Source: Callorhinchus milii
Taxonomy: Eukaryota
Assembly: GCF_018977255.1 (NCBI RefSeq)
Contig: NW_024705316.1
Span: 1 to 54,719 of the forward strand
Length of the DNA stretch: 54,719 nucleotides
Reading direction: 5' to 3'
The notes beneath the pieces were generated by a model, which saw only the letters and a list, made by a program, of their open reading frames with translations, had not been told where the DNA came from and ran no database searches. Positions 12,401 through 24,560 of the stretch are shown here, piece by piece (within the stretch, counting starts at the first letter, position 1; the number at the start of each line of letters is the position of its first letter). The position numbers and the translations under genes were made by a program.

Positions 12401-15400
12401 CGGTGAGGCAGACCGGATCCGCTTAACATACTGGCTTGAACATGTATGCATGTTTTCTTGTAGGCTTTTATTGGTGCGCTCGCAGGAAACAGCCGCCACT
12501 GAGACTAGAGTCACAAAATTTTCAAGCCGATTAGCTCATAAAGCTACAAACCTCGAGCGCGAGCAGAACTGCAAAATACATAAGAGGCATTTTTTAAAAT
12601 TTGAAAAAAAGCCAACCTCTCCCTACGCGAGCATATTAGGCTAGTCTCTAGGTGCAAAACGTTCGCTGATCGCCCGCAACTAGTCCTGGCTGTCAAAGAG
12701 TTGAGGAGCATATGACTACGAAACCACGGCGATTCGTTTTTTCCCCCACGGGGACCTCGCCGTTCCAAATCCGGTGGAAGATAAGCAAATCTTCCATATA
12801 TCACGGCCGATTAGCTTTCGCTGTTCTCGTAGGCTCCCCGCCCCGTCTTTACGCTAAGGTTTATCGACCTAAGTCCTGGTTAGGGATATCTGTCTAGGCT
12901 TCGCCTTGGAGAGGCGTACGCGTGGTTCGACTTCTTGCATCGACACAGCAAAGTTGGAAACTCACGTAGGAATGCCGCGTCCACGCCCGTCCCACTTGGG
13001 AGACGAAGAAGAGTGCTTTGTATTCTATTTGTTTGAGTGTAGGGAATAAGCCATTAGGAGAAGATATTTGGGTCTGGAAGGGGGCTGAATAATTATAATA
13101 ACCCAAAGTGCTAGTTAAGGTCTACCTATATACCAAATTCCCATAGTGTCGAGTATGACACACGTGAAGAATGTGATCTCAGTCCCCCAGTATGCGCCAG
13201 CCGCGAGGAACGATTGCACTGATCCTACTCTGCGGATTAGTTACTTAAGCACCCTGTATGCCGCCCATGGCTCTCTACATTCTTACTCGATGATGGTGTT
13301 GACCGTTTATTGGCAAATGGAAACCGTCGTCCACTCCGGGACCATCAGCACTAGGGAGTTAAGTAAATTACGCTCCGGGCAGCTCAAATATTCATCGTAG
13401 GGTCGGCCCTTCAAAGCTCCATGTGGGTCAGGACCTCTGGTATGGTTTTATGTTAATTCGTGAGTATCCCCGTCGGCCAGGCTATCTAAGCTCAGGGCCC
13501 GAACTGCCATGTGTACAATGCGACGCTTTTGAGTAATGGCCACCTTTATTACCCTGTCTTCACGCGCCCCAGAAGCTGGCCGCAACCTTGATCAATCACC
13601 TTTTGGCCGTTATACCTGTAAGCGGCATCAGGTGCCTCCAGTTCCGACGCATACGCACCACACACGAGGTCTTTCCTATATTCGCCATACGACGACCGGT
13701 GGCCAATTCTCGACCCATTAAAAGGCTGGGTACGTCACATCCGAGTGGCATAATCAAGGGGGATGGGCCGTGCTAGACATGTCATTCCTAGGTCCTTGGC
13801 TGGAGGAGCCGACAATGGGATTATTAGCTTAATTTGCGTAAGACAGAATTGACCGGCGCGACTCAATCTTAGGATGGGCTATCAAATACAACTGATAACA
13901 CCAGACGTCTGTGCGGACCCTGTCTTGCTATTGGCGAGATCCAGAGCATGACAGCTACCTTGACGTAATGATGCCTAGCTGCAGCTTGGCTAGGGATCTG
14001 CGATGGTGGGAATGACTCAATAGGTGATTTTAGCAAACCCGGCGGAGATTGACGAACTCGTTGGAAGATCATACACACGGTTTACGTTGCCTTCTAGAAG
14101 TACTGCGTATTTCCGGCTGCTATCGTAGGCTTGCCCTCATTTTATGCTGGGCCAAGCGCCCATTAGTGGTGGAGTATACTGGCAATCTCGGGATTTCGGC
14201 CTGGCGTCTCGGCCTGGGATTGATAGACGGGACAGTGGAGCTGGGGCAAAACGGCCTTCGCTGGCGCCTTTAACCGACGTATGACAATCGGCTGAAAGGA
14301 CAAGAGGGTAGCTGTCAGTAGTAGAAAATCCGAACGGTATGAGCAATATGAGCAATCGGCATCTAATCTCCCGTACGAGATCACAGTATAGCTTCTGAAC
14401 CGCACAGCTGACGCTTCACCTGAGTTAAGGAAGAGACACACAACCAGAAAGCACTTCAAGACGACCCACTAGCGCACGCTCTCGCGTAAAAGTCGCCTTA
14501 ACTATCAAAGTGGTTGGCGGCGATCTAGTTCGACAACAGGTGGGGCACGAGACGCATGGCGGTTACATTTAGATGGCCTCCCTGCGGAATGAAGTGCGAA
14601 GTAAGGACTACCTGGAGGCTTGGGACACTCACAACTGGCGTTCTACTATCCAACGGTCGACGTAAATTGTGGGAAGTACAACCGTATGCACTTAACGTAA
14701 CTCCGTAGTAATAAGAAAACTAGGGGATGCGGGCCATGTCTAATAGCTTCTACACCGTGAAACCGCAGTAAGGGAGCGATGCTGGCGGCGCACAGCGACA
14801 AGCCTCCTCAAAGGTGACCTCTCAACGACATGTCCTCAGAGTGAATATTGACCCTCAGTAGAGGTCTAATCCATAATGTTCGCAAGCGCGCCGGACCAAG
14901 TCGCATTTCCTGCCTACAGTTTCACTGCACTAGTGTCGGAGAAGGGACATCACACTAATGCGGCTACGCTTGGCAGACGTGGGGCATTAGTGAACCGGCA
15001 GAGGTCGGGTATACGTGCTCCTCACCTGCAGATATTGGTACAACAGCTCGTCGAAGGTATTAGCAGGGTTGGGCATGTCGTTTGGATCCCATTTGTGGGG
15101 CTGTCAAAGCTCGTATGTTGGGCCATATACCTATTCCGGTTTCAGGGCGTCAAACAATTTCCACAAGTATCCCCCGCAACGTATGCGCGTTAGGTCCTAC
15201 GTGCACCTTTCTCTAGATCGGTATATGTTATTGTGAATATGTTTCAATCTTCATCTGCAGATGTACTAGATCTTAGTCATACATAGGATTTTTGAAGCTG
15301 CCGCCAGCCAGTGGTTGAGGCAATGAGAAATCTCTAAGTTAGATGTTTAAGTTACCGACGACAGAATTTTGAACCATCTTTGGTGTAGCAGTGCAGACTT

Positions 15401-16390
15401 TACATAGCGCATGAATACGCCCCACTGGGCCATTATCCAAGTTTTTGCTAAGCTTCCACTCTTCAGTCCCATTAGCCTGAGACCCCTGTCCATTTTGACG
15501 TGCACGCCACTGCCTAAAATGGTGTATTCGCCCAGTTACACTAAAACCGCCGGATTAGTTCTTATCAACCAAAGGCTTATGAAACAGCCGTCCTATCGTA
15601 ATCCGCTTGTCCCTTCTGCGGAGGAATGGCACCGTAGAATATACTTAAGGGCTATTCAAGGTATCCGAATGTCGTAATTACCTAATTGGCAGTTACATTG
15701 ATCGGACTGGTCACCTCACTATCCGGTTAAGGCAAGCCCTGCGACGCCCTGCACGTTTTCGAGAGGGTGGGTCTCTCATTTAGTGCGCCTTCCTAACGGC
15801 CACGATCGAAATAATAGTACAACATATGTCGGAACCGCAATCAAAGGGTAAAAAACCAAACGCATCGGTCCGTTACAACGAGCTACATAACCGATCTCGG
15901 TATAGACTGTGTCCCGTACCGTACGAAATGGACGTTAGGCAGTCCGGGCATCAGCTACGACCCTATCCACGATACTAGGAAAATTTACTTGATGCACCTG
16001 TTATAACTACCGCGCTATAGTTACCGTCTTGGTGGCAAAAACTGATCGGCGTGGCCTTTGAATGTCAATCGTGTCGCCGTCCCCTCTAAGCCGACATAAG
16101 GCCTAGGAGACATGATACAAATCAAGCCATACCGGACTTCCGTAGTTCCAATAAAATCCTTAAAAAAAAGGACCGATAGTGACTCGGATCATCGCGCTAA
16201 TGACTTCGTTAACAGAGCTATGGGACCGGTGTCATGTTATCTAGGTCTACGCGGACATAAATGATTGACTCTGAATTAGACTATATAAGACAGGTAGGCC
16301 AAGCATATTACGATTATATTACTGCATTATTGGGTACTTTTATTAGTATGAACTACAATAGGGGGTTTGATTATATGTAGGGCGGGAAGC
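6413..16390. other. Featureless, random-like segment (possible shuffled or synthetic sequence)
   Basis: No ORF over 117 aa, no recognisable domains, no microsatellites or AT-rich tracts, and none of the repeat families seen elsewhere. CG and TA dinucleotides look undepleted by eye. Right boundary approximate. Confidence 0.75.
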
Positions 16391-16661
16391 CATGAGAAGG
16401 CTGAAGCGCGTTGAGACGCCCCCAGTGACAGGAGTGGTCACACAACTCGACAACATCACGGGAGGCGAACGAGGCGCGCTGCTGCGCGCGCGTCTCCTGC
16501 CGAGAATTCCAGCGGCTCCTCCAGCCCTCCCCCACCCCTCCCACTCCCACCGCCGCCCCCACCCCCGTCTCGTGCGCGCACCTGCGCGGAACCACGGAGC
16601 GAGACGCGCGCCTTGCCCGGGGGAGTCTCTCGCATCGGAGCCGTGGCGCGAGCCAGCGGAT

Positions 16662-17164
16662 ATGTGGCTCCGGGTTGGTCCCAAATCTCTCCTCGCTCTC
16701 ACGGTCACCGCCACCTGCCTGCTGATGCTGCTCGCGCTGCTGCTGCCGCCAGGTTCCAGGAGAACGGCGGCGCCCCTGACCCTCCGCGCGCGGGACCCGA
16801 CCGACGAGCGGACGCAAGCGCCTCCGCTCGCCCGGTCCGCGGCGCCCTCCGAGGGGGCGGGAGGGTCCGCGGAGCGCCGTCGGGCCCCGTGCACGTGGAG
16901 ATGACCCGCGCGTGGGAGCGCTGGACTCGGCGGCGCAGCGACGGCGTAGGGGCGACGCCCCCCCGGGGGCAGCTGCTGTGCGCGCTGCAGGGCTGGCGCG
17001 GCGCGGCACCGAGGTGCTGCGGCGCCACGAGGCGGCCGGGGCGCCGGGGCGCAACGCGCTGCCCGCGGTGTCCCTCGCCCGGCAGCTGGCGGGGAAGTGG
17101 CGGCGATGCGCCGTGGTGATGAACGCGGGGTCCCTGCTGCGCGCTCAGCTGGGAGCGGAGATCG
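16662..17164 (+). CDS. ST6GAL2: ST6Gal-family alpha-2,6-sialyltransferase (GT29), coding exon 1, with two apparent frameshifts
   Basis: MWLRVGPKSLLALTVTATCLLMLLALLLP is a type II anchor. It is followed by QLLCALQ in a second frame and sialylmotif L WRRCAVVMNAGSLLRAQLGAEI in a third. Donor G|GTGAGG. ST6GAL1 vs ST6GAL2 orthology is not resolved. Confidence 0.8.
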
Positions 17165-17886
17165 GTGAGGAGACGTGGGGGGGGGGGGGGCGACTGCGGA
17201 GGAGGGATCGAAGCGGGATGATGGGAGGGGAGGGTGAGGAATTTCTTCCGTGGACAAACCTGGAGGCAGCTGTAGAGCCTCGGGCTTGGAAGGGGCTGAG
17301 AGAGTCGAGATTGCTTGCAAGGTTCAGGATTTATAACAAATTAAAAGCCCCATCTGAGGCTAATGTTTATTGAAAGCCCTTTGATCCAATTTAAATTAAT
17401 AATTAGGCCCAGGAATGGTTATTTAGTGTTAAGCAACACACTAACACTAACATTGTTACCATTATGCAATGTACTTGCAATATTCTATAACTTTTATTTT
17501 TAATACAAATAATTGAGGTATACATTTTTTATTATTGAAGGGTTTGTCTGTTATCATATGCCAATTTAGAACTATTAGGAAACCTTAAAAATATATATCG
17601 TTATTAGGCCATATGGTGCAGTCCCCAACTATGATTAACTTGATCTCACTTGTCTCTATTTATGTGCTATGAAGAAGGTCCATTGCCAAAATCATTGCTT
17701 ATGACGTTATTTTTTTCCATTTAAAGAAAGTCTTCTTGGCAATTGTTATTTGTACTCGTGCACCACTGTCAATACGTTACTCGATCAGCAAAGCCACCTG
17801 AGTGATACATTTGACCATGAGAGTGACGGGCAGGATCACGAATTGAACCTCGAAGCAGGAATGTATCCACTTGTGCGCTCGTCCAG

Positions 17887-17984
17887 ATGGCCACGACGCG
17901 GTCATGCGCTTCAACTCGGCACCCACGGCCGGCTATGAACTTCACGTGGGCACCAAGACCTCCATTCGCCTCGTCAACTGGCAG
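17887..17984 (+). CDS. ST6GAL2: ST6Gal-family exon 2 (rest of sialylmotif L)
   Basis: cag|(D)[32 protein letters not shown]|gtaagg; splice phases are consistent. Confidence 0.92.
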
Positions 17985-18897
17985 GTAAGGTCGCAACTTT
18001 GTTGAGCTGTCACTTGTGGTCGGGTTGCTCCTGAAAAATAAGTTAATGCCTCCCGGTGGGGGGTTAAGGAGGGTATTGGTGTTTAAAAAAAGAGATAATT
18101 AAGAATATTTATTTACACTGGAGGAATCCACAAAATGGACAATTGGTTAAACTCTTGATGTTCATTATTCGTACATGTATTTTTAGAACCATGTTGGGGC
18201 AGGCAAAGGGGGAACTCGGTTGAACACGGGGTACAGGATCCGCGAAAGGCTGGGAGCCACTGACGTACACGGCATTTGATCTTCGCTTCCACGTTGACCA
18301 GGTGTGTTGTAAGAGGCGGAAATAATCACGCTTTACCCCACTACGTACGACTCATTGATCTACGAACTGTGGTGAACCCATTTAGACTCACGGATGGAGA
18401 GAGGTATTATTAAACGTTTTACCACGCTGGAATATGGAAGATGCAATCGTACCAGCGGCCTCTGGATTGCAAGTCCAGTGGTTTAACCATTCAACCACGG
18501 CGGCTCCGTGGTTAAACACACTCAGAGTTGCTTTATTGTTTTGGGAATTACTTATGATTTCAACACAGGGGCGCCACGGTGCGAGATGCCAACTGCCTGG
18601 CCTGGTGTGCCACTTTGTTGAGCTATCAATGTGTGGCCCGGTTACTTTTGAAAAGGAGCTTTATAGTTCAGTGCGCCTACCTGTAAAATATAAAAAAACA
18701 AGATACTGTAGTTTCGTAGTTTTTTCTGAAGCATTGCTTGGTTTAGAGTCCAGTAGCTTGGAATACACATCAGGGATAGATCAGGGACAGTCCAACGTTG
18801 TGATTTGTAGCACCGCAGTTAATTACATAACGTAGAACACATCTCAATGTCTCACCACTGACCCTGCCATATTCCTTCCACTTATCTCGCTTTCCAG

Positions 18898-18999
18898 ATC
18901 GTAAATCAGGAGGAGTTCGACTTTGAGACGAGCGAGTTGTACAGAGACATCATTCTGGTCTTGTGGGGCCCCCCTCCATATACCTGCACTAAGAAAAAC
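18898..18999 (+). CDS. ST6GAL2: ST6Gal-family exon 3
   Basis: ttccag|IVNQEEFDFETSELYRDIILVLWGPPPYTCTKKN|gtgagc; 102 bp; matches the ST6Gal SLYxDxILVxWDP block. Confidence 0.85.
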
Positions 19000-19400
19000 G
19001 TGAGCGTTCACAAAACACAAGAATCCTTCACACCTATTACGCAACTTGACGTGAAGGTGAGGTTCGGGATAGGGGGCTTGGGTTCCCGCGGCTTACTGTG
19101 AGGGTCAGGTTTTGGGCTCACAGGCGGTCTCCGCTTTGTGACGGTCCGATTTTTACAGCGATCCACATTCGGGACGTTTACATAACGCCACCACGGGACC
19201 GATTTACAATGCATCTTCTGACTGGACTCCCGAATTATGGGGAGTCCTTGGGTCTGCATGCCGCGGCATTCAATCCACAAGTCACATCCACACACTCTCC
19301 GCCTTCTCCTCCGCCAGTGCCTCGTATTGCCCTCCTCTAACCAAGCCTTGCTGTCTTCCGCTCCAAAATGCTTCCCCCCCCCCCCCTCTCATCCGTGCAG

Positions 19401-19596
19401 CAGCAGCAGTGGAAGGGCCATGTGAATATCACGTTCCCGGCGCTCGACGCGTACATGAAGCGCAGGCGCGAGCGGCCTCGCCAGCCATTCTACCTGCTGC
19501 ACCCGTGCTTCCGCCGGGGTTTGTGGGATCTGGTGCAGTGCAACGTGGGGCATGGGGAGCGCATCTTGCCAAACCCCACTTCGTCGGGGCTTCTGG
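19401..19596 (+). CDS. ST6GAL2: ST6Gal-family exon 4 (start of sialylmotif S)
   Basis: WKGHVNITF...RPRQPFYLLHPCFRRGLWDLVQ...PNPTSSGLL(G). Tandem CAG acceptors and a GC donor, G|GCAAGT. Confidence 0.88.
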
Positions 19597-19720
19597 GCAA
19601 GTTTTACGAGAAACGCGTGATGTGCTGACGGGCTGACATGCAGATAGGGCTCGCAGCGATGTGGCCTTTACTCCTATTTAAGAGCCAGAAACGGGAAGGG
19701 TTTTTCTTCACAATTCAGCA

Positions 19721-19950
19721 ACTCACCTGATGAAGCTGGTTGTTCACATCACCAGCGAAACGTCACACAGTACTCAAATTGTACATGTTGTGGGTTTAGT
19801 CTCCAACACACCGGTGTGCTGATTGAGTAACTAATTGGCACGTTATTTTCACGTGACAAACCTGACTAATTGATTGTGTCGGGTGGTGGCAGGTTTAACG
19901 ACACATTTATTTTCATGTGATCTAACCCCAAAAAAACATTTTATTATAAA
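19721..19950 (+). mobile_element. Penelope pLTR fragment, family B, with a hammerhead core at 19727-19764
   Basis: CTGATGA A GCTGGT..ACCAGC GAAAC GTC. The body CCAACACACCGGTG..GTGTCGGGTGGTGG..ACGACACATTTAT is shared with 23461, 26777 and 37485. Confidence 0.7.
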
Positions 19951-19963
19951 CAACGTCGTACTA

Positions 19964-20264
19964 TATTTCTATTTAAAGCTTTCGTGACTGCAGGGATTCA
20001 TATTCTTGGTTCTTTCGGTAAAGTCACTTAGAATGGAAATAATAAAATAATAAAACATAATAAAATAATTCTCACGACGTTTCGGCCACAACGCAAGCAG
20101 CCGTCCTCAGGTCTGTCGGGAGACAGCGTCCATTTAGATGCTGTCTCCCCGACAGACCTGGTCTTCACCTGAGGACGGCTGCTTGCGTTGTGGCCGAAAC
20201 GTCGTGAGAATTATTTTATTATGTTTTATTTTTTTATTATTTTACCGAAAGAACCAAGAAGGAG
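19964..20264. mobile_element. Family A fold-back with two opposed hammerhead motifs (20069-20112 -, 20163-20209 +)
   Basis: TSD AACGT(C/A)GTACTA (19952-19963 / 20265-20276), central hairpin 20108-20160, CTGAGGA at 20169-20175 and GAAACGTC at 20196-20203. Confidence 0.8.
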
Positions 20265-20436
20265 AACGTAGTACTACTTTGATCTCGGTACAAATCAATT
20301 CCTGCCACCGGAACACAGGTGCCAATCCCCGGCCCGTCTGGGTCAAACTAAGGTCAAAGGGGTGGTAGCACTTGGTGCGACTCGCGTGTTTGGTGGTGGT
20401 TACTAGCGCCGCCCCCTCTGCCTCGTGGTGCTGCAG

Positions 20437-20694
20437 GAGTAGCGCTGATGATGAGCCTGTGCCAGGAGGTGACCGTCTACGACTTCATCCCCCGCGAGGC
20501 CGTGTCACGCGGCAGTGCCACTACTTCGAGCCCGCAAGGAACCGCAGTGCACCCTGGGCTCCTGGCATCCCCTCATGCAGGAGAAGCTGCTGGCTATGCA
20601 CCTCTCAAACCAGCCGGCTCAGCACGCCCTCCAGAGCGGGCGTCTCGCCATGCCCGGTCTGGCCAACCTCACGTGTTCCCCTCGGCACGAATAG
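20437..20694 (+). CDS. ST6GAL2: ST6Gal-family terminal exon 5 (motifs S, III, VS), with two -1 frameshifts
   Basis: VALMMSLCQEVTVYDFIP / RQCHYFEP / CTLGSWHPLMQEKLL...TAG. It is 258 bp, versus 260 bp for the intact inverted copy. Confidence 0.88.
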
Positions 20695-20763
20695 AAACGC
20701 GCTACCCAAGGGCTCTTTTATCCGTCTTACCCGATGTGGGTAACCTCTGATTGAATGTATCCA

Positions 20764-21008
20764 TATTCTTAGGTTTTTTCGGTAAAGTCACGTAGATAAA
20801 AAATTTAAATTTAATTAATAGAAGTAAAATAAATTAAAATAAAAATCACGACGTTTCGGAGGCAACACAAGCTTCCGTCTCCGAAACGTCGTGATTTTTA
20901 TTTTATTTTACTTTTATTAATTTGAATTTTAAAATGTTATCTACGTGACTTTACCGAAAAAACCTAAGAATATGAATCCTTGCAGTCACGTAAGCTTCAA
21001 ATCTAGAA
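20764..21008. mobile_element. Family A fold-back (hammerhead core truncated)
   Basis: Palindrome centred near 20870; TSD TGAATGTATCCA (20752-20763 / 21009-21020). Confidence 0.8.
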
Positions 21009-21079
21009 TGAATGTATCCACTTTGCAGTTCAATCAACCGATGGTGATGATAACTGCCAGGTTTGGGAAATCTTACCTG

Positions 21080-21393
21080 ATTCTAGATTTGAAGCTTTCG
21101 TGGCTGCAAGTATTCATATTTTAGGTTTTCGGTAAAGTCACGTAGGTAAAAAAAACATTAAATTATAAAAGTAAAATACAAATAAAAAAAATTCACGTTT
21201 GTCACGTAATAAAAACGTTTTGATTACGTGACAAACGTGATTTTTATTTTATTTTTTATTTTACTTTTATTAATTTGTCACGTAATCAAAACGTTTTATT
21301 ACGTGACAAACGTGATTTTTATTTTATTTTTATTTTACTTTAATTTATTTTTAAAAAATTACCTACGTGACTTTACCAAAAACCTAAGAATAT
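21080..21393. mobile_element. Family A fold-back
   Basis: TSD GAAATCTTACCTG (21067-21079 / 21394-21406), tail on the left, internal palindromes. Confidence 0.8.
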
Positions 21394-21500
21394 GAAATCT
21401 TACCTGCCCTTTCTGGGTGAACTCACCTGCTCTGTGGTGAGCATTATGGGCCACAGGGTGGCACCGTGGTAACAAGTGCCTCGTTTATAGAAGTACAGTA

Positions 21501-22110
21501 CAGTAATACCTCGATATACGACGTGGTTGCGTTCCTGGAGTTTCGTTTGTATTATTGAACTTCATACATTGAATAATTTATAACATTAGTACGATGAGGA
21601 TGCGTTCCCAGCCTTTGTTCTTACAATTTCATACTATAAACGCTTAATAAATGATCATTCACGTTATAAACGAAGAACATTTATATTGAAAATTATATTT
21701 TGTATACTGTACACGATTAACATTAACAAACTGATGTAAGTAAAATAAATATTGTGCTGTAAAATATATTCCCACTTGCCAGCGTAGTCTTGGGTGCAGT
21801 CATGAGGTTGTATTGCCCACCAAACACCATAGCTCCATAGATGGCTTAATTTCGGTATATTCAATTTGACTTAATAATTTGGTTTCTCCGTAAAATAATG
21901 GTAACGAATCCAAAGTTCATCATACCGAACTTCGATAATTGTTTTTTTACCCTTCTATCTGGCAACAAAACTGACACATTTTTTTGTTTTGTTGCCAGAT
22001 AGAAGGGTAAAAAAACTATTATCATACTTTTTTTTACTGGCAAATGAGGTTCCAATGGTGTAAATACCGAACTTCGTTCGTCAAATATACGCACATCGAG
22101 GTATTGACTG
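21501..22110. mobile_element. Tigger/pogo-like MITE containing a collapsed family C fold-back (21935-22063)
   Basis: TIRs CAGTAATACCTCGAT / ATCGAGGTATTGACTG, preceded by TA. The insert has TSD ATACCGAACTTCG (21922-21934 / 22064-22076). Confidence 0.6.
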
Positions 22111-22810
22111 AACGTGGGTTTGATTCGTAACTCGGGCACCTTTTTCTGCGTGGACTTTCCTCGTTCTCCTCGTGCTCTGCATGGGTCTCCTCCTCCACAG
22201 TTCTAAACACATTCAGTGTCTTTGGGATTGGCCAAAGAGATCAATGCGGGACCCTCTTGAAAAAGTCAGCGAAATGCTGCTGAAGTAAATATAATCATGT
22301 GTTTGGTGGGGAGGGTGTAAAGATTATAACACCAGAATTGCTGTGCAGAGGTCAATTCAAATCGCACCTCCGATTAGCACGGTTGGCTACGTTTGGTGCA
22401 AAAGCAATTCTGCTTTTGTCGAGATACATTTCTATACGTACAACAGCGATAACCCATACCTCTTAACCCCTTATCAGGCTACCCTTCTTACAGACCAATT
22501 TAGACCTTATTGGTCACCCCTTGCCCTTATACATATCAATGTTCATCCTGCAAGGTCCCATCACAAGCGAGAAATACAACCTAACAGACACAATTTTTTC
22601 CCATATTCAAACGGCTGTAAGCCGTATGGACCTGAGAACTCAATTTCACTGGACAACAATACGGGTAAATCGTATGGGTTGAAAGTTATGGATAACCTAT
22701 TGTTCCACCGTTTTGTCCATGTGTTCACCGGTAATGTTATCCCAAGTAGGATATATGTATAGAGCTTTAATCAAAGCGCTTTACAAGAATTAAAAAGTGT
22801 ACATTTGTTA

Positions 22811-22914
22811 CTCTTTGGTTCTTTCGGTAAAGTCACGTATACGTGGTTCTTTCGTGACTTTACTGAAAGAACCAAAGAGTATTTCCTGCAGTCACGAAAG
22901 CTCCAAATTAAGTT
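22811..22914. mobile_element. Minimal (~100 bp) family A fold-back
   Basis: TSD TGTACATTTGTTA (22798-22810 / 22915-22927); tail CTGCAGTCACGAAAGCTCCAAAT. Confidence 0.8.
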
Positions 22915-23112
22915 TGTACATTTGTTATTGGCTGATGAGGAAATGGGGCGGGATAGAAGTGAATATCCTAATATATAATAGCCCAGATCTGTTATTATTT
23001 ATTTCATTCTGTGCCTGTGATTAACGCGGCACGGATTGGTTGAAGTGCGTCACGTGACCGCGAGCAACAGACGGGTGTGTGAGAGTGAGGAGACGGGTGA
23101 TTGAGAGTGAGG

Positions 23113-23295
23113 CAGAGCCGTGCTCCGTCCACTGCTGCCCTGAGGGACCCCCGTGCTCCCCACTGCTGCCCTGAGGGACCGCCCTGCTCTCCACTGCTGG
23201 CTTGAGGGAGAGCCGCGCTGTCTCCACTGCTGCCGTGAGGGAGCCAGACGTGCTCTCTCCGCTGCTGCCCTGAGGTAGAGCCGTGCTCTGTCCAT
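23113..23295 (+). repeat. ~30-bp GC-rich tandem repeat, about 6 copies
   Basis: Unit approximately GAGCCGTGCTCTCCACTGCTGCCCTGAGG. Confidence 0.8.
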
Positions 23296-23460
23296 TACAT
23301 TAGTACTGCAGTTTTTTTGGTGCTTAAATCCACTGCTGAATGAATGCCCACCGCACGCTGTGCGAGTGGATCGTAAGGATTTACTTGACCAGTCTGTTGG
23401 GGGCCGCCGCAAGCTGTGGTTGTTGGGGGTGCCGCAGGCTGTGGTTGTTCGGGGCGCCGC

Positions 23461-23710
23461 AGACGCCTGATGAAGCTAGTCGTAATTACTGGCGAAACGT
23501 CGTACTCAGATTGTAAATGTGGCTTGGCTCTCCAACACACCGGTGTGCTGTACTAATGACTAATTAGCATGTTCTGTTTACGTGACAACCCTTACTAGTT
23601 GGCTGTGTCGGGTGGTGGCGGGTTTTAACGACACATTTATACATTTACGCGATCTAACCCAAAAACACTTCGATTATGGATGATATTGGTCACGAAAACC
23701 TACGTGTTAA
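23461..23710 (+). mobile_element. Penelope pLTR, family B, with a hammerhead core at 23467-23501
   Basis: CTGATGA A GCTAGT..ACTGGC GAAAC GTC; tail GGTCACGAAAACCTACGTGTTAAA. Confidence 0.7.
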
Positions 23711-24560
23711 ACCAAAAATAATCCAGGCCGAAGCGTTTTGAATTTTCTGGAGGGGAGCCAAGACAGGAAGACCACGAAGAGAGGGACTTCAGTAATCGAG
23801 ACAAGAAAAGAAGAGCGAATGGATGAGCATTTTAGCAGCGGAAATTGAGATGAGTGGGCAAATTTTCCAGATGTTGAAATGAAAACGACGTGCATGGGCT
23901 ACGGTGGCGATATGTTTGGCGAAGGAGAGAGAGGGATCAAAGGTGACCCCAAGGTTTCCAGCAGGAGTGCAACACCAACATCGGTGCAGGAGTTGTCACT
24001 ATACAGGATGGTGACCCGTTGTTGAGACTAGCGAGGGAGTCGCTGCCACGTGAGGTCAAGGCCAATAAACGTAACGTAATGCAAGTGGGCGCATCTCTTT
24101 GGATACGAATGTACAATGCACCATTCTTAAACCCAACACCGTGCAGCAGTGGATAGAGCCGTGGCGTCACAGCGCTCTGTTGCCACGCTGCACTGGAACG
24201 CGCCAAGCGTGTCGGCGTGCGCCTCTAACCCAGCTGCTTGGAGGAGGAGTGGGTTGCTGGATCACTTGAGGATGGGAGTCGTGCGCTGTGAGGCTCTCTA
24301 TGCGAGCGTGCGCGTCTGTGGCAATACGAATGTGAATGAAACTCGAAAATAGTCGCGTGGATGGACAAAAGGATTTGGGTCTCGCTGTGTCGGCGGGTGC
24401 CCTGGGAGGTCTCTTCACAGGCGCTGTCCCACCGCTGATCGGCACGGGGTCTTTGGTCTGCTCCGTCTATGCCGATCGGGCGTCTGCACCGAGTTCGAAA
24501 TCAATATGGTGCGCGTGGGGGAGTCCCCACGCGCACCAGATTGTTGTTGTTGTTGTCCTA

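Larger units (their letters stand above)
20313..21489 (+). repeat. Left arm of an inverted segmental duplication (partner 28182-29335)
   Basis: The end of intron 4, exon 5, the 3' flank and both fold-back insertions recur in reverse complement. Confidence 0.92.

Noticed and set aside
6876..15677. Short ORFs (60-117 aa) in the featureless segment as a novel gene cluster
   Set aside because: No motifs, strand consistency or splice structure; lengths are what random sequence gives.
16343..17320. 325-aa and 227-aa minus-strand ORFs
   Set aside because: Antisense shadows of the very GC-rich ST6Gal exon 1.
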